A stretch of DNA of 64,000 nt, taken from a virus. Below the pieces are notes generated by a model. The model had not been told where the DNA came from and did not search any database. It saw nothing but the letters and a program-made list of their open reading frames with translations. The translations under genes and the position numbers were made by a program. The stretch lies in UHGV virus genome UHGV-0240017; one strand, written 5' to 3'. Each line of letters opens with the position of its first letter. The first letter of the stretch is position 1. Of the stretch, positions 56,646 through 64,000 are shown one piece after another.

Positions 56646-57944
56646 ATGAGTGACGAGACAGATAAGAACGATCCGGGGTATGACCCGAATACTGATTACG
56701 ACGATTCTCTCCACAATCCGAATAATGCGGACGCAGTGCCTTCGGTCGCAGGGTATTTCGACGGACGGATTAGTAATGCTAACCCCCCGACGCCTTACGA
56801 CGCTAATACTGAACTTACGGCATGGAACGATCGTATCCGTCTTACTGTAGGTTTGGGTCTTGCTGCGCAGCGTTTGACCAACCCCTACATGGGGTTCAAC
56901 CATATGATGGCGTCTAACCCCACGCCAATCAACCGAGAATACGGTGGACTAACTTTTATTACCCGGCCCGATTTTAACCTGTGCTACGACAACATTGCTA
57001 AGTCTCGTAAAATGTCGAACATGGCAATGCAGCCAAAGGACTCCATAGATTATTCGATTTTAGCTGCGCTTGACCCCGATTTTGAACTCGGATTTACGGA
57101 CGCACCTATGGAAAACGGTAGGCGGAAAAATCGCTTAGGTACACCGTTTATGCCTCAAGTAAAATTCGATAATCTACAAGCGTTCATACCAATACTCAGT
57201 ACGCAGCTGATTAGCCTTAGTGGTGCACCCGATCAATCGATTGATAACTGGATGGCAAGTGAAGGTTTAATGCGTGAACAGTGGGGGATGGTTGACTCTA
57301 CCCACGAAGTTAACAACAGCTTTTCCATCAGCATGTCATTAAACAACCCCTATGGCGACCCATTAATGAAAATGATGGGGGTGTGGCTGGAGTATATGTC
57401 TGGTGTGAAGATGGGTAAATTCCGTCCGAAAATGCGTAACTCCATTCAACGCAGAATCGATTATCAATCGCGAATTTACGGGATGCGTTACGATGCCTTA
57501 GGGAACATCACCCGTTTCTGGACGATTTGTGTCGCATGGCCGATGAACGATAACGCGGGACAAATGGCGAACGTTGATAACTCCAAACCGCAGTTAAACG
57601 ACGATGTTACGATTACTATTAACTGGCAAGCTATCGGTGCACGGTTTAACGATCCGCTATACATGGAAATGTTTAACCGCACCGTTTCCATTTTTAATCC
57701 AGATATGTTGCCGCAACCCGGTTCTATCCAGTCGGGCAACTTCATCCCGATTGCCAGTGACCAATTAGTCCCCATCGCGCCACAATTACTGCCGTTGTTT
57801 AACTATTACGGTTATCCGCACATCGATTCCGTACGACGCAAACTTACCTGGTATGTTTACCAGGCAGACTACCAACATATTCTCAAGAAAGCGGGATTAC
57901 TGGATAACGCTAATGCCGCTTCACTACCGACAGGTAATAACTGA
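56646..57944 (+). CDS. hypothetical protein (virion/morphogenesis candidate)
   Basis: 432 aa; GGAG RBS 8 nt upstream of the ATG; first gene of a plus-strand two-gene operon. Confidence 0.6.
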   Translation: MSDETDKNDPGYDPNTDYDDSLHNPNNADAVPSVAGYFDGRISNANPPTPYDANTELTAWNDRIRLTVGLGLAAQRLTNPYMGFNHMMASNPTPINREYGGLTFITRPDFNLCYDNIAKSRKMSNMAMQPKDSIDYSILAALDPDFELGFTDAPMENGRRKNRLGTPFMPQVKFDNLQAFIPILSTQLISLSGAPDQSIDNWMASEGLMREQWGMVDSTHEVNNSFSISMSLNNPYGDPLMKMMGVWLEYMSGVKMGKFRPKMRNSIQRRIDYQSRIYGMRYDALGNITRFWTICVAWPMNDNAGQMANVDNSKPQLNDDVTITINWQAIGARFNDPLYMEMFNRTVSIFNPDMLPQPGSIQSGNFIPIASDQLVPIAPQLLPLFNYYGYPHIDSVRRKLTWYVYQADYQHILKKAGLLDNANAASLPTGNN

Positions 57945-60898
57945 TGAGTTCTACGACTTACGATACTTTGGCAAAGAACATATTGTTGTTTGCCCACCAT
58001 CCGGCAGCGATGCAAACACTGCTCTTGAATCAGCTTCTGGATGTAGAAGACGCCGAAGGCCAAATAGTGTTACGTGACCCAACAGACCCTGTTGTTTATT
58101 TGGCGGAAATGGGGACAATGTTGGGCCATGCAACGCTTATGGGGTTGCAAGAATCGGTGCCAAAGACATTTCCATCGATGGCACAAACGTACGATGACCT
58201 GTTCCGACATATGTCCGATGTGGACTACGTTGATGTGTTCGCCCAACCTTCAACCACCGAGTTGTTGTTATTAATCGATGTTGATAGCTTAATCTCCAAG
58301 GCGTACCCTTTACAAATAGCGGGCGTGCGTAAGGTTGTTATCCCACGAGACACAATTTTCACGGTGTCAGGTTACACCTTTGCCATCCAGTATCCGATTG
58401 AAATCAGGGTACTTCCTTACGGTACCAATGAAAACCCGGCGTTTCAGGTTCTTTGGATTACCGAAACACAGTCACCTATTTCTCCTGTGTCGACGAATGC
58501 GCTGGATTGGGAGTTGACGTCGTCTAACACCACGGCTTCGCAACTACTGGCAATCCATATCCCGGTCATGCAGTATGCGGTGAAAAACGAAAGTGACACC
58601 GTTGCGGGGAAAAATACCTTTGTCATGACCCGTCATTACACTAACAAATTTTTCTACGTAAGGGTGTGGATGAAATCAACCAACGATAACAAGTGGGTTG
58701 AAATTCAACATACGCACAGTCGTGACGTTTACGACCCCAACACCCCAACCGCGTTAATCCAGGTCGGTGACGGTGTTATACGGTGTACTATCCCCTCGAT
58801 CTACATGGCGAAGAATTTGGTCAGCGGCGAAATTCGTATGGATATCTACACGACCTTAGGGCCTTTAAGTGTCGATATCTCAGCTTATCCGTCTGACGAA
58901 TACACGTTTACATTGCGTGATTTAAACGGCGAATACGACGAAAACTACGTTAACCCGATTAAGAGTTTTTCCATCAAACAGATGGCTGCAAAAGCAGGTA
59001 AAATGTTATCAGGTGGTCGTAGCCAGCTCACGTTCGAAGATTTGCGTACACGTGTAGTCAATAACGCTGTAGGTGCACGAAAACTCCCTGTAACGGAGAA
59101 ACAATTAGAGGCAACGGTTTCTGACTACGGTCTAACGTTGTCGAAACCAAACGACTATGTTACTAGCCGTACATACTTCTTAACGGCACCGATGCTCGAA
59201 TCGACAATTCCCAATGTCAGTTCTCCCATCGGGACGATCACGGCACCGTTCTATTTCTCCTGGAATGAATTGGTTAATCTACCGACGGTAAAGGTTAACG
59301 GTAATCGCCTGACGATTCTTCCTGACACACTTTATCGGTTCACCGACACCAGCCTGACGGTTGATGCGGAGATGACGGTCTTGGCAAAAACCATGCGTAA
59401 AGAAGATTTGATTAATGCGGCCAACGCTAATCGTTATCTCTTTACACCATTCCATTACGTTGTGGATATCAACAATAAAGCCATTGACGTTCGTATTTAT
59501 CAATTAGATAAACCGACGTTAAACTCCAAACGCTTTATCGCCACTAACGTAAGCACGGAACTCAGTGTGGTAACAGCCGACTACACTATCGAAAAGACCG
59601 AAGCCGGTTATGTATTGCGCACCGTAACGAAGTCAGAGGCACCTTATCAAGCACTGACCGACGACCAAGTTTTTGCACAGCTATCGTTCCGTCCACGTAA
59701 CGCAGACAACACTTTAGCGTACATCAACGGTACGTTAGTCGGTAAACAGGGTAGTGAACGCGTATGGGAATTCCTGTTGGAAACCAACCTGGACGTCGAC
59801 CGTAATGACGAATTGGTGCTAACGAACACACGCATTAGTAGTAGCACAGCCACGGAAACGCCTGTACCGCTGACAACGGACTTCAACCTGTTCTACGGCT
59901 GCACCGGTTATTATCCTGGTAATTACGAACGTGCGGAAATGGATGCGTTAATCACTGCCCCGTCACGCGATGCTATTGGTATTACTCACGAGATTTTCAA
60001 AATCGAATTGGGTAAAGCAATGACGTACTACTGGCGTAAAGCGCGTGCTGTTACTGACAGCATTAACTACCAGTATTACGAAAAAGACGTGATGGCAACG
60101 TGGGAAATCGATGTGGTTAAACGCGATGAGAACGGTGTACCAATCTACACCTACGACGCAGGTCGCACGCCGCCACTACAGATTACGTACGAGCATCGTA
60201 AAGGTGATCCTAAACTCGACGAGGCTGGAGAACAGATCGTCCTACATCGTGAAGGAGACTTAGTTAAAGACGAGTTCGGCAATCCGAAAATTGCGAAATC
60301 GCGTTCTATCAAATTCCGTAGTGAGATGGCGGTATTCGATGCGCGATATAAATTCGCGACGACACCTTCTGCAAAATCGTATCTGAATGAAGTTATCGAA
60401 AACATCGTTAACTACGTCACGGTAATACTCCCGACTTTGAAGCCTATGTTGTTAGAACGCACCGAAGGTTACTTTGTGCCGATTACAACAATGGGGTATA
60501 TCGACGCTCGTACAGAGGACGGGGTAGTAACACCTGTCCCTGCGGAAAACCAGTTCACAGTACGCTATTACCTAACGGCTGCTAACCGTAATAACACCGA
60601 GCTCTTAACGCAGATTCGTAAGAAAACTTCTCAGGTTATCAACGATTACTTGGGTAGCCATCTAACAATCTCTGCAACAGAAATCGGTAATGCGTTGAGT
60701 GAAACCCTCGATGCGTCTATTATCGGTGTTGAACTCGATGCTATGGGACCAGATAAAGACATGCGTCTCTTTACCGTTGTCTCAGAAGCATCAAGAGCAA
60801 CTATAGGTAAAAAGCTGGACATTGAGGCCAGCGGCGACATCGGGCTTAAAGACGATATCGTTATTGTTTATAATCGCCACGATACTACCGCCGATTAA
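57944..60898 (+). CDS. large hypothetical protein (virion protein candidate)
   Basis: 984 aa; start coupled to the upstream stop; strong terminator immediately downstream. Confidence 0.6.
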   Translation: MSSTTYDTLAKNILLFAHHPAAMQTLLLNQLLDVEDAEGQIVLRDPTDPVVYLAEMGTMLGHATLMGLQESVPKTFPSMAQTYDDLFRHMSDVDYVDVFAQPSTTELLLLIDVDSLISKAYPLQIAGVRKVVIPRDTIFTVSGYTFAIQYPIEIRVLPYGTNENPAFQVLWITETQSPISPVSTNALDWELTSSNTTASQLLAIHIPVMQYAVKNESDTVAGKNTFVMTRHYTNKFFYVRVWMKSTNDNKWVEIQHTHSRDVYDPNTPTALIQVGDGVIRCTIPSIYMAKNLVSGEIRMDIYTTLGPLSVDISAYPSDEYTFTLRDLNGEYDENYVNPIKSFSIKQMAAKAGKMLSGGRSQLTFEDLRTRVVNNAVGARKLPVTEKQLEATVSDYGLTLSKPNDYVTSRTYFLTAPMLESTIPNVSSPIGTITAPFYFSWNELVNLPTVKVNGNRLTILPDTLYRFTDTSLTVDAEMTVLAKTMRKEDLINAANANRYLFTPFHYVVDINNKAIDVRIYQLDKPTLNSKRFIATNVSTELSVVTADYTIEKTEAGYVLRTVTKSEAPYQALTDDQVFAQLSFRPRNADNTLAYINGTLVGKQGSERVWEFLLETNLDVDRNDELVLTNTRISSSTATETPVPLTTDFNLFYGCTGYYPGNYERAEMDALITAPSRDAIGITHEIFKIELGKAMTYYWRKARAVTDSINYQYYEKDVMATWEIDVVKRDENGVPIYTYDAGRTPPLQITYEHRKGDPKLDEAGEQIVLHREGDLVKDEFGNPKIAKSRSIKFRSEMAVFDARYKFATTPSAKSYLNEVIENIVNYVTVILPTLKPMLLERTEGYFVPITTMGYIDARTEDGVVTPVPAENQFTVRYYLTAANRNNTELLTQIRKKTSQVINDYLGSHLTISATEIGNALSETLDASIIGVELDAMGPDKDMRLFTVVSEASRATIGKKLDIEASGDIGLKDDIVIVYNRHDTTAD

Positions 60899-60952
60899 GA
60901 AAAAAAATAATAAAAGTTACCCTACTCCTCCGGGAGTAGGGTAATCTTTTTT
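60899..60952. terminator. bidirectional intrinsic terminator between convergent genes
   Basis: ttaccctactcc-tccg-ggagtagggtaa with an A-run upstream and a T-run downstream. Confidence 0.75.
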
Positions 60953-62621
60953 AATCAATCAATTTATTGAACTTCCCACCTTTCACAAGTGGGTTGGACT
61001 TGGCACGCTTCAACACCGTTGCCATAGACCCTGCGGCCTTGCACCACATGTTAATCATGTTTGCACTGTGCGCAACAGAATCCCAGACATTACGGTCAGG
61101 GTTTAACACCATCATCGTGGTCAGCTCACGACCGTGAAGGTTAAAGTTCTCCCCTCGCGTCACTTGGTCTTTAAACGCCTGTTCCATCGCCTGCCATTTC
61201 TGACTGTCGACGCCAGAACGTGACTGACGCGCCATCTCTTTCAGCGTTTTTACAACCTGATCGACACGTTTTTCCAACACCTTATACTTGTCTAGCGCAG
61301 TATTCGCTACACCATCCGAGATACCACTACGTGCCAGTGTAATCAGACATGCCAACAGCTCACGGTAATCCCCGTTACTTAAACTCAACTCCTGGCGCAT
61401 CATCTCCAGGTTTGTTGTGGAGCCAAAGAAAGAGTTAGCGCCGATTGATGCAATCATCCAACCGTTGTCTAATTCACGTGTGGTATAACCGAGAAGCTCA
61501 ACCTTGTCTTTCACACGCAAAATTGGGCCCGGGCTACCTTTCTGTCGACCGAACTCCGTAGCAGAATATTCAATTCGACCGTTGATCTCACCTAACGCAC
61601 GGACCAGATGCACCGCAGCAACTTGGTTCTCTTGCGACGTCCCTACCTTCGGGTTATTTGACAGGTAGTAAGTTTTGATGTCTTTCAGCGACTGGTCTAA
61701 GTCCTGAAGCGCACCGCCAAAACTGTCAAGAATCGTGCTCATTAAGTTGAACTGAATATCTGACGGAATGTTCACCCCAGCACGTTTCACATCAGGCGGC
61801 AAACCGTTATAGACTTCCTCAGCAACCCCGAAGTCAAATACACCGTAACCGATGTTCGTCCGTAGCAGCGTATCTAGCAGATCCTGAATAACCTGCAGCT
61901 CATTCTGACGACGTTTAAGGTGGTTCTTAAACGTATCGATAAACGGCGATTTCCCTAACGCGGCGGCGAGTTTATTTAGAAACTCTTCAGCTTCCATGTT
62001 CACAAAAACATCGTCAGCCAGCGAAAGAGATAACTCCAGGTTGCTTAACTCGCTGTCTTTCAAACCTTTTGACAGTACCAGATAAACTTCTTTCAGTACG
62101 GTTGTTTTCAGGCGCTCTGTGAAAGGAACATCGGCCAACTTCTCTTCCAGTTTCTCGCGATAGTCGTTCCCGTCAATATTCGCAGCACCTGCAAAAGGAA
62201 CGGCGTTGCTGATAATCCAACTGAGGATTTTCATTATCCCCATCATCACCATCACGATAAGGCTAATCTTACCAAAATTGGCGTAAGACTCTAATGCCAC
62301 CACCGTTTCTTTCTGGTGTGTTTTGGAATAATTCGACGTCAGAACACTTTGTACCGCCTTCGGGATTGTGCCAGGACGCAACGATTCAGTCGCTACAGCA
62401 ACATCACGGTTCAACCCTGCATTACGTATTTCCCGTAAGATCGCTTCAATTTGCGCGATAAGGCGAGAACCGTAAATCAGGTCTGCTTCATTACGTTGCA
62501 TGTAGAGATTGAGTTGGCTAACAGAATCGATGCGTTCTTCCATGCGCTGTTCTAACAGTGCAGGAAGTTCATCGAGTTTCCATTGCGGTTGCGCAATGTT
62601 TGCTGTCATCTCCATACTCAT
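60951..62621 (-). CDS. hypothetical protein
   Basis: ORF track 60951..62684; start set to the ATG at 62621 forming an ATGA overlap with the upstream stop; ~556 aa. Confidence 0.55.
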   Translation of the reverse strand: MSMEMTANIAQPQWKLDELPALLEQRMEERIDSVSQLNLYMQRNEADLIYGSRLIAQIEAILREIRNAGLNRDVAVATESLRPGTIPKAVQSVLTSNYSKTHQKETVVALESYANFGKISLIVMVMMGIMKILSWIISNAVPFAGAANIDGNDYREKLEEKLADVPFTERLKTTVLKEVYLVLSKGLKDSELSNLELSLSLADDVFVNMEAEEFLNKLAAALGKSPFIDTFKNHLKRRQNELQVIQDLLDTLLRTNIGYGVFDFGVAEEVYNGLPPDVKRAGVNIPSDIQFNLMSTILDSFGGALQDLDQSLKDIKTYYLSNNPKVGTSQENQVAAVHLVRALGEINGRIEYSATEFGRQKGSPGPILRVKDKVELLGYTTRELDNGWMIASIGANSFFGSTTNLEMMRQELSLSNGDYRELLACLITLARSGISDGVANTALDKYKVLEKRVDQVVKTLKEMARQSRSGVDSQKWQAMEQAFKDQVTRGENFNLHGRELTTMMVLNPDRNVWDSVAHSANMINMWCKAAGSMATVLKRAKSNPLVKGGKFNKLID

Positions 62622-63061
62622 ACCAGCTCGCCTCGCGTTTCTTCCATATAGAATTTCACCGTTTCCATGAAACGTTCCAGCCACAGATTAACGGTATCCC
62701 ATACATCGTCGCCCAAGGCTTCATTGAAAATCTCACGGACAGAGAAATTCTCAATAGCACGACGACCGCCCCAAGCGCTATCGTAGCGGTTACAAAACAG
62801 CGCCACTGTCAAATCTTCAATAGTGCCCAGATCGACACAATAAAGCTCGTTTACGTCCGAAACAACATTTTTCATCAGCGGGCGAAGCTTTAGCTGCGAC
62901 ACTTCATTCGACCCAAACGGGCCATTATCGGGCATGTCGGTATTATAAGCCAATGCGAATGCGACCAGGCCAGTCAGTGCGCGTTGTGCCTGTACACCTT
63001 TACCCTCGTTCGTACGTTTAAAGTCCAGAACCAGGGAATTTAAAGAAACTTTATGCGTCAT
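62618..63061 (-). CDS. hypothetical protein
   Basis: 147-aa ORF. Confidence 0.5.
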   Translation of the reverse strand: MTHKVSLNSLVLDFKRTNEGKGVQAQRALTGLVAFALAYNTDMPDNGPFGSNEVSQLKLRPLMKNVVSDVNELYCVDLGTIEDLTVALFCNRYDSAWGGRRAIENFSVREIFNEALGDDVWDTVNLWLERFMETVKFYMEETRGELV

Positions 63062-63075
63062 GATTTTACCTTTAC

Positions 63076-64000
63076 TTATTCGACATTAAACATGGCTGAA
63101 GCAATACGAAGATCGTTCGACATATACTTCCCAATCGCACGCTGGTAATCAACGGCAGCACGTGAGCGACGACCCTTCGGCGTTAAAGTATTCCAGATAA
63201 ACTGATACAAGTTATCTTTATCTTTTACGGTTTCTAATAACTTGTCGATAACCGCAATACCATCTAAAATACGTTTACGTTGCTCGTTAGCCGCTTTCGT
63301 ATTTTTGTCTTTAATCGTATTGAGTTCTTCAACGAGTGTACGTCGCATTGCCTCAAAACGCTGCTGCGGCGGATCGTAAATGGTGTTATCCGGGTCATTT
63401 AAGATCATTCCGAACGTCACGGAAATCACTGGAATAATTGGAATCGTAGAAGAGACTATTAACGCGGTCACGCGGAAAAGTTCTACTGTCAAATGGACAC
63501 CCATGTTCATATACGCTGAGTTCCGCAGCAAATAGAACGAACTGGTTTCCATTTTATACAGCGCAGAGGCCAGATAAGGAGCGCCTCCGAAACGGGAAGC
63601 AAAATCATCCGCAGCACGTTCCCACGTTCTGTTAGCAAAGCCTTGACTGCCGCTAATGAACGGGCGATCTAATAACAACTGCGTGACTAAGTGCATGTAG
63701 ACGTTTTCTTTTTTGTACTCGGTACAAATCGTTTCTGGCTGATTCACTTTCGTGTTCAGCATCTTCTCTACGTCTTTAACAATGCGCAAGCGGACAGTCT
63801 GGTCTTCTGTTTCCATGATGCGGTTAGCCGCAGCATCTGCCAGCAAATCAGTCACCACGGTACGCATTAGCGTACGGAAATAATAATAGATGTGGCCGAC
63901 TTCGTGAAGAATCACCGAGGCGATTTCCAGATCGGTCAGATTTAATTTTTCCAGCAGCACCGGGGTAAGATAAAGCGGAGAACCCACTTTGCTTAGATCG
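63076..64000 (-). CDS. HExxH motif protein (putative zinc metallopeptidase), 5' end beyond window
   Basis: Frame stays open to the window edge; VILHEVGHIYYYF HExxH motif near the visible N-terminal region; hydrophobic segment ALIVSSTIPIIPVISVTFGMIL. Confidence 0.4.
   Translation of the reverse strand, partial: DLSKVGSPLYLTPVLLEKLNLTDLEIASVILHEVGHIYYYFRTLMRTVVTDLLADAAANRIMETEDQTVRLRIVKDVEKMLNTKVNQPETICTEYKKENVYMHLVTQLLLDRPFISGSQGFANRTWERAADDFASRFGGAPYLASALYKMETSSFYLLRNSAYMNMGVHLTVELFRVTALIVSSTIPIIPVISVTFGMILNDPDNTIYDPPQQRFEAMRRTLVEELNTIKDKNTKAANEQRKRILDGIAVIDKLLETVKDKDNLYQFIWNTLTPKGRRSRAAVDYQRAIGKYMSNDLRIASAMFNVE

Noticed and set aside
56640-56903. 87-aa minus-strand ORF
   Set aside because: Overlaps the 5' end of the well-supported plus-strand gene 56646..57944; the minus-strand operon more plausibly starts at 56619.
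1-64000. Prophage or mobile-element signatures (integrase, transposase, att sites, host flanking genes)
   Set aside because: No integrase/transposase-like translations, no host housekeeping genes, and uniformly phage-like compact operons; consistent with a virulent phage genome fragment.

Overview
This 64-kb window is a fragment of a virulent tailed dsDNA phage genome; I saw no host genes, integrase, tRNA or CRISPR array. It is about 95% coding with roughly 85 genes, nearly all on the minus strand, separated by short GC-stem hairpin terminators. No similarity search was run, so all functional calls rest on motifs read directly from the translations. Recognisable content: (1) a receptor-binding module at the left edge, a 1480-aa long tail fiber (in-frame 39-aa repeats, C-terminal peptidase-S74-type intramolecular chaperone) followed by the start of a T2-type gp38-like adhesin; (2) about 17 kb of small early-type genes including a host-like Dam methyltransferase, three GNAT acetyltransferases, a thymidylate-kinase-like enzyme, an HTH regulator and a RuvC-like resolvase, plus a dihydrofolate reductase near 49.3 kb; (3) a structural block with a 764-aa capsid-like protein, several 400-1000-aa virion-protein candidates and two tandem paralogous acidic proteins rich in A-x-E motifs. 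As an unverified inference, this combination suggests a phiKZ-like/SPN3US-like jumbo phage of enterobacteria carrying a T-even-like fiber tip. The most unusual signals are a triplicated cassette at 40.6-41.9 kb of ~55-aa paralogous genes interleaved with covarying RNA stem-loops, a 24-27-nt promoter-like motif conserved upstream of four genes, and three back-to-back divergent gene starts only 11-26 bp apart.
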